From: Paragordius varius | Taxonomy: Eukaryota > Animalia > Nematomorpha | Assembly: GCA_964247055.1 (NCBI GenBank) | Contig: OZ176057.1 | Location: 2,108,001-2,172,000 of the forward strand | Direction of reading: 5' to 3' | Length of the DNA: 64,000 bases | Part shown: positions 13,178 to 24,510 of the stretch, one piece after another | Numbering within the stretch: position 1 is the first letter of the stretch | How the letters are laid out: each line of letters starts with the position of its first letter | The notes under the pieces: generated by a model | Told to the model about the DNA's origin: nothing | What the model saw: only the letters and a program-made list of their open reading frames with translations | The model's database searches: none | Translations under genes and position numbers: made by a program

Positions 13178-14620
13178 TATCTCCTTATCCAAATCCGAGC
13201 CGATCTGGTGCTTTTCTTTCCCTAAGAGGATATCTTCTTTCAGGTTCTTTCTCAGTTGTCTCTTCCGTTCTTATTTCAACCTGGGTGTCTTTCTCGTTTT
13301 CTTTTTCTTTGCTTGGTTCCTCCTCCACCTTCCGATTATTGGTTGTCATCTCTTCATCTGTTTGGTTTATCGTTAAATTATCATCCTCATCAACGCCGTT
13401 CTCGACTCCGGTCGGCCGTAATTGATCCGCATGCTTGCGAAGTGTTCGATTTCCATCTTTAACCGTGTACGAGAGTAGCCCTGTTCTCTCCAAAATTGAA
13501 CCTTTTCTCCACCCTGAATTGATTTCATTCTTTATGTACACTTCTTCGTCCGGTCTAAAAACTTGATTGGGAATTATGTCGTCCTCTAATTGTTGTGCGG
13601 GTGTTTCCCTAACCCAAGAGAAGGGGGTATTAATATGTCTTTTCAGAAATAAATTATACGGGCATTCTTTTGTGGCGTTATGTACGGCGGAGCGATAACC
13701 CCATAACACTTGGTTTATTTTTTTGTCAGGAGTCAGCTTAGAATCCGTTAACGATTAATAGTGTGCTTTTAAGGTGTAAATGACCCGTTCCACCAGCCCA
13801 TTTGTTCGTGGATGATAGGGGGCGCTAGTGACATGTTTTATGTTTGCTCGTTGCAAGGTATCTTTAAAATCTTTCGATGCAAAATATGATGCATTATCGG
13901 TAACTATCATTCGGGGAAACCCGTACCTTACACAACAAATTTCCAACCAATGTAGTATGTTTGCAGAATTAAAAGTTCTTAGCAATTCGACTTCAACCCA
14001 TCTGAAGCTACTATCGATAGCTACTAACTAATACAACCCATCTATAGGACCGGCAATATCAAGATGTATCCTTTCCCAGATACTCGTATTAAAATTCCAT
14101 TTGTACGTTGGATTACTTTTTATGTTACTCCGGTTTAACTGACACCCCATACAAGATCTCACATAACTTTCAGTATCTTGGTTTATACCTGGCCAATAAA
14201 CCCTAGCCTTGGCAGACTCTTTCATTACATTAGCCCCCGAATGTCCAACATGCAAAAATTTTAACGTTTCATTTCGCAACGCCCTGGGAATAAACAGACG
14301 ATCGTCCCAATACAACAACCCATATCTTGTATTTCGTTTCTTTTACTCAATATCGAATTTAAAATTGGAGCTGACCAATCATTATGATGTAGAGCCGATT
14401 TTAATGCCATCAAAAACTCATCCCGTAAAGTATTTTCTTTCATTCGCTGTACGCTTAAGTTGTCAGTTGTTAGAAAGTTGATATGCCTGGGTTGCTCCTC
14501 AACTTCCTCAGTCGGTTCTTCATACGGTAGACGAGATAACCAATCCGCTAAAATAGCAATCTTATTTCTTATTCAACTACCACAGATCAAAGTCAAAGTG
14601 ATCACTCGTTAGAAATATCT
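12915..14620 (-). mobile_element. 5'-truncated Ty3/Gypsy LTR retrotransposon (end of RNase H, integrase, 3' LTR), decayed
   Basis: RNase H end ADWLSRLP; integrase zinc finger LHVGHSG...YWPGI...CMGC; core WERIHLDIAGP, VTDNASYF and SAPYHPRTNGLVER; C-terminus RYPLRERKAPDRL. Contains in-frame stops. No gag, RT or 5' LTR seen. Confidence 0.93.
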
Positions 14621-16130
14621 AATGAGGCTGCTCTAATTAATGAGAGATTAAATAAAATTACCATAGAAAATCAAATTAATTCCAACAAAATGACTTATTC
14701 TATTGTTAATATTCAAGGTTTAACTCCTACAAAACTAGATTCTAAAACTACCTTAGATACGAATGCAAATAATGCAGAAGCCCAATCAAATATTGCAAAT
14801 CATATGTCAACAACCCCTGGGAAGCCCATTAAAATTCGTTTTATGTTATCACATAATTTATATTTATATAATATTTTTTTATACATACTTAGACACACAT
14901 TTAATAAATAATTTTATATTGATACTAAATAACATTATCATTAAGAAAAATATGCGCACATTTTTAGGAGTTATATGAATTATATAATTGGTATTTATTA
15001 ATATATTACTAAAAAATTTTGTTTAATTTGTTTTTTCGCCTAATTGTGGGGTATTCAACAAGTGATCGTCCGTTATGCTTTATGTGGCCATCAAAACTTC
15101 TCTAAAAAATATAATCAAAATTTGAATTAAAAAATAATATTTTCATTTAAAGCCAATTAAATTATTATTTATTTTTAGTAATAAGTCTTTAAACTCATAA
15201 AAATTTTACTTATCATGAACAGCGTCGATTCTTCGCTACAGAATATCATTTTAATGCTTTTCTAAAAATATAAGACCGTATAATGTGTTACAACCGTAAA
15301 TAACTGTTTTAAAATCACTAGTAGGTCAAATTATAAGATTTAAGCAATACCCTGAACCATTGTATGTTATTTTAAAAAATATTTATGATTCGATTGATTA
15401 AAATAGCATATGTTCTCGTTATTTTATGTGCGGCTCGTCTGATTTTGGACAAAGTGCGTCCCAAGAAGCCATTGGTTTTGGGCACATTTGTCTTGAAACT
15501 TGCTCACCCGAACCAATAAATAAATCTGTTGTTCAAAAAATTTTCTTTAAAATATTATTTTTTACCATATTATATATATTGTCATAATTTTAATAATATT
15601 ATTAGGTTATAAATTAATTTATATTATGCATTGAATTGTACGTAAACTATATCATATATTTTTCAAGGTTAACATCAAAACTGGTTCCAAATTTGTCGGT
15701 AAATATATCGAATATCATTATTTTAACGTTAAAAAGCAAGCAGAGTTATGAAACTATAAAAAGCGTTTTTTAATGTAACCTACATATTGGTTTTGGCGAA
15801 GTTTTAAGGTTAGTTTTATCCAAAATGGGATTGGGTACTTTCATTTTTGATTTAAAAAAGAAAAAAAATATATTTTTATTTATTCTTTTTTTTGAAAAAA
15901 AAAACTATTTAAAAATATTCAAGTAACAAAATGCTATTATTATCCGGAACACTTACTTTTACAACCTTTATGATATTTGTGGTAAATTTAGGCCACGTTC
16001 ATGGTATGATTTTAATTCTTACTTATATAGATTATTTTTCCTACTAAAATTTTTTTTAACAGTTAGGCAATATGCAAAAAAACCGTATTTATGCATGTTT
16101 TCTTAAAAATCAGAAATTGCTATATTACAA

Positions 16131-16342
16131 TCATGTATCCTTTAAAAAATTTATTTTCTTTCGTTAAATGGTTATAAATGTTTGTTTGAGAATGGAAAAA
16201 ACAAGAGCTCTATGGTATTAACAATATCATATTCATTAAAAGTATAAGAATTACCATAGAGCTCTTGTTTTTTCCATTCTTTACCAAATATTTATACCCA
16301 TTTAACGAAAAAAAGTAAATTTTGATAAAATAAAGGATACGT
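16131..16342. repeat. Palindromic MITE-like hairpin
   Basis: Perfect 29-bp inverted repeat at 16189-16217 and 16252-16280, 34-nt loop, imperfect outer arms. Confidence 0.85.
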
Positions 16343-16742
16343 GACTGTATATTAATGATAAATATTTAGTTAAAATAGGTACATTTTTATTTAATCTATA
16401 AAAAAATAGAGCTTGGTCCATTTATTTATCTTAAATAACAAAACGTATTTTGTAAACAATATTTGCATTTAGAAGCGGTACTAGTCACATATTTAATTAT
16501 ATATAATATATATCATTTAAGCCGAAAAATTAACTTTTTAGGATAAATATTAAATCGCATTTATTTTGACACAAATCAAGCATTATTTTTTAACCTGATG
16601 GACGCGTAAAATGCAATGGCTGGCTAATTGAGGAGATTTATATAATAGAAATAAAAAATTTAGGAAAAGATAAACCTTTAGAATTATCAAAGCGTTGTTC
16701 TAGATTAACAGAAATACATTTTTATGTTATTGAAAAAATTAG

Positions 16743-17195
16743 GAGATTGTCGTATTTTACTGCCTGGTTTTGTGTTAACTCCACCCTTGGGCCCACTCAC
16801 TATAAAGGGAACGAGGATAATCAATTTTAAAAGTATTGGCACTGGATGTGATGTTAATGCTGCCATTGAATTGCCCCTGGATGCCTCAGCAAGTTAGTAT
16901 TAGAAACTAACTTGGTCTACTTTATTTACTATTTACATTTCTTTAACATGTATAACTTATTTTAGAATTTCAATTGGTTAATGCGATCGTTGATTTATCC
17001 AAAGATGGTATAAGAGGTTCTATCCCTGGATTAACAGTTACATTATCGCCTGCCAAACCAAATTATTTGATTTTTAGAATGGTTTTAACAAATCTTCTCA
17101 ATTCAACCTTAAAATTTAGGGTATACACTTATTCAATTTTAATGAGATGCAGAGATGTCCCACTGGTTGAGGCAATTTTAGCCTCCCTTTCATAA
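16743..17195 (+). CDS. Orphan spliced ORF fragment (exons 16743-16892 and 16966-17195; 5' part unresolved or decayed)
   Basis: A 73-nt gttagt...tttag intron joins two GC-richer open frames in the correct phase: DCRILLPGFVLTPPLGPLTIKGTRIINFKSIGTGCDVNAAIELPLDASAK-FQLVNAIVDLSKDGIRGSIPGLTVTLSPAKPNYLIFRMV...ASLS*. No family recognised. Confidence 0.55.
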
Positions 17196-17269
17196 TAATT
17201 AAATTACATTTATAATTAAATTTAAGTTAATTAAATTTTTTAACAATTTAAATAACATAATATAAACCA

Positions 17270-18720
17270 TTATATTCCAATTGCACCAAAGTTGGTCTTT
17301 AAACTTTTTTAAATTTGAATTTAACCATAATTTTTGCATGTATTTTTAATTCTTTAGTTAACTTATATTTATTCATTTAGAGATATTATTTTTTATTCGA
17401 ATCTATATTTTTATTTCAACTAATTTTTTTCATAAAAAAATTATATATTTTTTTAAATTATATAACCCAGAAAACTTATATATTTTTTAATTGAGTTTTA
17501 AATATTATTAATACTAATTTTTTTAGAAATTATAAAGATATACGATTTCTGATGATAAAAGTTGATATTGATTTGATTTAGGTTATCTAAAGAAAATTAA
17601 TTGAAATAAAATAGATGATACCCATTTTAATTGTTAAAAGTTAAAAACAAAACAAAAGCGTTGAAGGACCAATTTGATGTGTTCAATAGATAACAATACA
17701 AATATATTATTTACAATATAATTTGATAAAAAACCGATTGGTATTGAGCGACTGCCAGTCAACTATGTTTAATTATGCGTTATGAAATTTAGGAAAAATG
17801 TTTTAAAATGTTTTGTTAATATTCTTTATAAAACATACAATAATAAAAAGGAAAATACTTATAACCTATTACAGTCTGAGAGTTTAAGTTTCTGTGTAAA
17901 AAATTACGGGCACAATCTTGAATGCATCCTTGTTTTCTATATTCACCTCAAAATGACGTTTTTAAAACATGTCGGATAAAAATATTTTAACTAAAAACTA
18001 ATTATGTGAACTCTGGAATTTTAAAAACAATATAAATAAATCTTACAAGTAAAAATTAAAATGAAATAAGTGATATTTAATATATCAACCTCATCTGGAC
18101 CCTTAATCCACGATTGGTTTGCTAACACAATTTAGGATTTTTAACTTACATTATAACGGGTGAGATAAAATATTGAGTTTTCAGGGCTCAAACTAGATTC
18201 AGGTTAGTTTTGGAAATTGGTGGTTTTGAAAGACTATTCTATTTGAACCATGTTGATATTTAGACATTATTGGTACAATTATATCCATTAAACTTCAAGA
18301 TTGGTCCTTAAAACTTTAAGTTGGTTCTTGACCTTTCAAGTCCTTACAATTTTTTTTTGATTTAACCATAATTTTTACATGTATTTTTTAATTTTATTAA
18401 TTTTTATTTTAATTTTTTATTTTATATATATTTTCCTGTTTCAAACTAATTTTTTCCAATTTAACAAAATTATTAACTTTTGAATGTTAAATGAAAAATT
18501 GTAAATAATAACCCAGAAAACTTATATATTTTTTTGCGTATTATAAATATCAAATAATTTTAGATTAATAAATATATACGGTTTCTCAGTTAAAAGTTAA
18601 TATTGATTTAAAAATTTATATTAAATAAAAGGAAATAAGTTAAAAAGGATAAAATAGATGAATGATATAAGATTTGAATGGTAAAAGTTAAAAACAAAGC
18701 AAAAAAGTCAAACCAACTTG
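17270..18720. repeat. Old local tandem duplication (~17270-17690 vs ~18275-18720)
   Basis: Colinear blocks ttggtc...tttaaccataattttt(g/a)catgtatttttaatt, tataacccagaaaacttatatattttt and aaaagttaaaaacaaa. Confidence 0.8.
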
Positions 18721-18803
18721 AAAGGTTCAAGGTCTTGAAGGGACACTCAAGTGCAAATGGTATATTTTATTACTGCTTTTACCAAAACAAGCACCAATAT
18801 ATT

Positions 18804-18847
<44 letters not shown>

Positions 18848-19059
18848 TAAAATATTAACTTTGAAAAAAATGGGCCAAAAAGTATAAGCATATAAAATAT
18901 AATAAAACATATTTAATGTATACAAAAATGTGCACAAAATATCACTGTGTGCAAAAAAGAGTTTTTACTTATAGGATCTAGTTTTTGAAATCTTTGAGAA
19001 AAAAGGAAAAATTAAGGATAATTAGAAATAATTAAAATAATAATGATAAAATTTTATTT

Positions 19060-19790
19060 TAGCAGATATCTATAAATAGCCTATAATATATAGTTAGGGT
19101 TTTTAAAAAATCAAAAATCGCATTTTTTATTTTGCATACTTAAAAGACAATAAATTTCTTATTAAACTATACTAAAATAATGTTTTTTAATTATTTAAAG
19201 CTAAACTAACTAAAAATCTTAACAGTCATATATCATTCTGTAAAAAACTTATATACCAAAATAAAACAAAAATTTTTTCTTTTTTCATTTTTTTGTCATC
19301 TGTTTTATGAGAAAATTTACTGTTTTATTTCGGAAACTTACTCCACAAAGTAGTATAAAGTAAATAAATTTATGCAAATAGAATCAAAAAGTAGGGGAAT
19401 AACCAACAATCCCTAATCCTTGTAGGTTTGGTTTGACATAAATTAATATTTTTACTGATTTGTATGGATTTTCGTTGATATTCCTCCAGAATCCTATTTT
19501 GTATTAATTCATATATTATAATACCATATAATCCAAAATAAAACAGTAAATTTTTTATACATCATAAACCAGATGACAAAAAAGGAAAAAATAAAAACCA
19601 ATTTAATTTTATTTTATAAGTTTTTATATTGAATAAAATATAAATGTTAATATTTTATAATTTAGTTAGTAAATAATTAAAAAAATTATTTTGTATAGTT
19701 TCATAAAAAATGTCTTTTAAGTATGTATAAAGAAAAACGCGATTTTTTGATCCGAGTTTTCAACTATAGATTTTAGGCTATTTATCAATT
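19060..19790. mobile_element. Old foldback/MITE-like element with ~270-bp diverged arms
   Basis: Nested inverted pairs tacttaaaagaca / tgtcttttaagta, ttttttgtcatctg / cagatgacaaaaaa and tttactgttttattt / aaataaaacagtaaa. Confidence 0.7.
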
Positions 19791-19989
19791 ATAATTATCT
19801 AAAATAATAAGAAAAAAATATTCATTTATCATTATTTTTAATTATTTTTAATTTTCACTTTTTGCCCAATTTTGATTTTCTTACAATATTTCAAAAGCCA
19901 GGTCGTCACCAAATAAAAATTTTTGCGGCAAATGAATTCGCTTGTTATAAGCTATATCACGAAAAAAAAATTCGCAACAAATATTTTAA

Positions 19990-20485
19990 AGCATTATTAC
20001 ATATTTTACCACTTATGACCTTTTATTTTTCTAATTGGGATGCCATATTGAGGTAATTTTATATCCTAGAGCTCCATTTTGTAAATAAATCACTGTTTTG
20101 AGAGTTATTTTAGTTAAAAATTGTTATTTTGTATTTAATTAAATTTTAACTTCTAAAGTCTAGAACTGGCAACTCCAAAACATGATTGAATTAAACAGCT
20201 GATTATAAAATCATTATTATCAGGTTTTTGATGATAACAAGTAACCTGAAAGCTTACTAAGTCAATTATTTATATTTTTTAGCTATAATTTATTTGCCTA
20301 CTGTTTTAGCGATTGAAAAAAAACTAAAAAAATGGCGGAAGAGTTTGACATGAGGATTTTTTAGCAATTTTAAATTTTAAAAAATATACCAGCACCTTAA
20401 AAGCTAAAGAAAGCATATTTGCCCTAAACGCTTGAATATTAAGATATTCGACTCTCAAATCACTCTGGGATGCAAAACTACCCTA
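19990..20485. repeat. Dispersed ~450-500-bp DNA-transposon-like repeat (opposite-orientation copy ~23030-23500; related palindromic ends ~60820-61250)
   Basis: Shared motifs gctct(a/g)ggata(t/c)aaaactacc, tttatttgccta and aaaatggcgg. Confidence 0.65.
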
Positions 20486-21138
20486 ACGGCCATGAAGTGT
20501 CAATTAGTGAAATTTGGTTTCAAAACTAAAAGTTATAAAAAAATTTATTATTAGTCATCAGCTTATATTAAATATAATTTTGCTAAAACCCACATAAAAT
20601 CATTAAATATATTAAAAGCAAAAAAAATAACTTTATTTCGATTATTAGATACGCTATTAGTATTAAATTTATTTACCCCTCCAAATAGGGAATTTTCCAA
20701 AGGGCAAAAGAGGCGCAGCAATTTTTAATTATAGATATTAAAATTATAAAAATAATTTTTGAAAAATGCATAAAAATATGATTTTTAACAGCGAATCTAT
20801 ATTTTTTTACTAAGGATTTATACAATATTTGCCTTATTTAAGCTATTTATACATATAGACATCACAACGTAGCTCTCAACAAACAATCATACTCTTCCGG
20901 TATATTTAATCATTATAATAAATACAATTTATTTTAATTGTTAACTTCTATATTTCTATTCATTTTGCAGTCAATTGGGTCCAAGTCCACCGAATTGCAC
21001 AAATTATTTGAACTACTAACAAAATATTAAAATAAATTAAAGGGTTTGCATTGAATTTATTAATCAAAATCTCCAGATTAATAATTAACTCAACTAGAAA
21101 ATAAAATATTCTGAGTCTCAAGTGTCATTCACTTAGAT

Positions 21139-21444
21139 CAAGATTGTCCAATACAAATGGCTTCGCGGGCCGCATCTTTGAATCCAAAAATACACGGAAA
21201 GCCGCATTTAAAATATATCTTGGCCCTCTCATAAATATATTAGATTTCAAACATAGAAATGTAAAATGCAGACAATTGTTGCCAATCGGATTAACTTATT
21301 CATAAAATTTGTTCAGAAATATCAATTTTAACAAGATTTTGTGAACATATGTTTGAAAATTTTGCACTTCCGAATTCGCGCGGGTCACACAACATGTCTT
21401 TGAGGGCCACATGCGGCTCGTATGCCATGTGTTGGACACCACTG
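21139..21444. mobile_element. hAT-type MITE (306 bp)
   Basis: Perfect 8-bp TSD acttagat (21131-21138 and 21445-21452). Right end gttggacaccactg; left end degraded. Confidence 0.85.
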
Positions 21445-22122
21445 ACTTAGATTTATTAAAACATGCCTGCTTAACTACAAAATAACCACTCTTAAAACCC
21501 CTATCACTCCTCCTAACTTATTGGGATTCTTCGAAGAATCTTATCATAATCAAATAAAAATTAGCATTCAGGTACAATATGAGCAGGTGTTGATAGAGGA
21601 TTAGCCTCAATAAAATTTAAACGTCTGTAAAAATATCAGGAGTTAATAATACTAATAGCATTAAAGCAGAAAAGGGGATTAGTAAACCTACAGTATCCTT
21701 TCAAGAAAATTTAGAGTCAAAAGAAATTGTAAGAGTGTTGGAAGGAAATCCTAAGGGTTATTTCTACCCGCGCTAAAGATGCATAAATGTAAAAAAAGCA
21801 AATCAAGCTGTTTAAATTTTACTTATCCAAAACGCTAAAAATTACCGTATCTTGTTTTTTTAAGACAGTCAAAATCGGTACAAAAATATTGTGACGAAAA
21901 TTTTTTTGATAAATGCTTAAAAATGTTCATAGATCTTTTGGTGTGGCCTTAAAAGTATTTAGAAATTATGACCATTTTTATCGTATTTGTTCATATCAAA
22001 GATTGTTTCACATATCCTATGACATCCAAAACTCAACCCCCCTTAGTTTCGCAAAATTTTCACAATCTACTCTTGGCGAAAGCTAAATGCCAAAAATTAT
22101 CATTAAAAGATAGCATAAATTA

Positions 22123-22401
22123 TACAAATTACACTCAAATTCACCCTAAAATAAATTGTGTTTTTTTAGATTAAATACTACCTATATTTTTTTATATTTT
22201 TAAAAAATAAAAGTTTGTTGAAATTATATAAATACTGAAAAAATATAAACTAAGCCATAAAGATATATTTCGCATAATGAGTTTTATTAATCCGAAAATA
22301 CATAATGTTTTTAGGGTGAATTTGAATTGTTCGAGGGTGAATTTTAATTGTTTAAGAGGGAATTCGAATTGTTCAAGAGTAAATTTGGATTGTAAATGGT
22401 A
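22123..22401. mobile_element. TACCATTT-ended MITE, subfamily A
   Basis: Right end gtaaatggta preceded by four ~21-bp units (agggtgaatttgaattgttcg). Internal sequence shared with 27593-27940 and 41070-41321. Confidence 0.7.
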
Positions 22402-24036
22402 ACTTTTACAAAACATATTTTTAAAATAATTTTAAATGTCGAATCTTAAATTTTGATCACCTCCAAAATGGGCCAGTTTGTTAAAATAAATGTAAAATGC
22501 CGATAATTTGTGATAACATATTTAATATATGGTAGGTAGATTGTGATACAAAAAATAAAAAAACTATAATTAGTTTAAAATTTAATTTTTATCAAAATTT
22601 TGAGGAAGCGTTGCTTATTATAGTTCTTAACATGTTAGGTGGACACTTCAAATATAAAGATGCTGAACAGAAATTATGAAAAATGTTTTTTTGGTGTCAG
22701 TGCCACGAACAGATGTGTTTAATAAAATGACTTTGCGGAAAACATTTTAGACATCAGGCGGGCTACATTAAAATATATGAACATAGACCGATATTATTCG
22801 ATCAAATGCTTTGTTTATATTTAAAACCCTGAAAAAAATAATTTAACCCTTCATTAAAAAATGAATCATATTTGAATTCAACATTATTCTTAATAATAAC
22901 TTGAACACTTGAATATAAAATATAATACAATTTACCAAGATTCTAAATAATATATTTTTGAAAACTATAATTTTTGGTATCTTGGAAACATTTAGGCGAG
23001 TAACACAGAATGTCGCAGAAAGCCGCATTTAGGACACTCTTATTTAGCATATATTGAAAATTATCAAAATAATTTTTTAAAAAAAACTTTAAAATTGTAA
23101 AAAAATCCTCAACTCATTTTTCGCCGCCATTTTTTTCCATTAAATTATTATAATCGCTAATACAATAGGCAAATAAATGTATATTATGATTAAAAATGTT
23201 AATATTTAACTTTATTAAGTTTTTAGGATTTTTTTTATCAGCAAAAACTTGATATTTATTGATTATAGCTGATTTTAATCGTAGAGCTATCTCAATTCTA
23301 TACTCTAGTGCTAAACTGTAAAAAATATAAAGCTTTTTTCCCTATAGAGGAGGCCAATGTTTAGTAATTATAGTTAAATTTAAATAACTTTCAAAACAGT
23401 AGTTTATTTATAAGATTAAGCTCTGGGATATAAAACTACCCCAATATGTCATAGTAGACAAAAAATGAAAAGGTCATAAAGTGTTAAAAATGGTAAAGCC
23501 CACATCTATAATTGAAATTTTTATTCATGTATTTTTCCTATTTTAGGAAAAATGGTGGTTTATTTTAAATCTTAATATATTATTTTTTAGCTTTACAGGC
23601 CATCAAATTGAAATGAGATTATAACATTTTTATACATCAGGTAAAATAAATGAAAATGACATATGGCTGCATACAACCACAATTGATAATTTATTATCGA
23701 ACTCAAAGATGTCAGTTGTGGTATATGCAATTATATAATTATTTTCCTCTTTGGAATAGCCGAGTGCCCAAAGTTTAAAGAGTTTAGCGGCTAATATAAA
23801 CGCTTTCTTTTTGATTTGGAGAAGATATAAGTATGCATATATATGGCGGCGATACTCATCAAATCGCTGGTCCCCTTTAAATTATTTTCACAACGTATAA
23901 CGTATATTTAACCATACATATTTAAAGCTTAATTTAATTATCAAATTATATGAAATGGAGCGATCCTTAATTTTTTCTTAGAATTTATTCATACAAATAT
24001 TTTTAATATTTTTACGAAATCTCTGGCTATAATATA

Positions 24037-24171
24037 TACCATTTTTCGGTCAAAAGCAACATTTTCAATTCCATTTGAGTGAAATATGTTTTTGGTTGAA
24101 TAAATGCTGCGTTTGATTGAAAATTTGTTGCTTTTGGTTGAAAAAGTGTCGCTTTTGACTGAAATATAGTA
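24037..24171. mobile_element. Small TACCATTT-ended foldback, subfamily C
   Basis: Left end ta|taccatttttcggtcaaaagc pairs with gcttttgactgaaa. About 21-bp units (ttttggttgaaaaagtgtcgc). Confidence 0.6.
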
Positions 24172-24265
24172 TATCAGTTAGAGGAGGTCATGAGGCACGT
24201 GAGCTGTATGAGTTTCACATACTCATTTTTCCGTTAATTGATTATAGATGCGCAAGAGGTTAGAG

Positions 24266-24510
24266 CAGGGGCGTGCAACATAAATGGCTTCGCTGGCCGC
24301 AATTTTAGATGCATTGGAAAAATATATGGGCATTAACCAATATTTTATAAGCTTTTAAACTAAGACTGTAAAAACTACCTTTTATTTTAACTATTTTTGC
24401 TAGTTCATTGCCAAAAGTCGGAAAGATTTTTTCAGCAAATTTGTTTAAATAATTAAATTACCAAGATTTCGTAAAATTTGCATTTATCGCATGTGTGTTG
24501 GCTACCCATA
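24266..24510. mobile_element. Degraded hAT-type MITE related to 21139-21444
   Basis: Left end caggggcgtgcaacataaatggcttcgctggccgc; imperfect 8-bp flanks ggttagag / gtttaaag. Confidence 0.45.

Noticed and set aside
19990-23500. Single 3.5-kb transposon with ~500-bp TIRs
   Set aside because: The 20.0-20.5 kb unit has its own inverted ends and related ends occur at 60.8-61.25 kb. No TSD or transposase was found, so two independent insertions are the simpler explanation.
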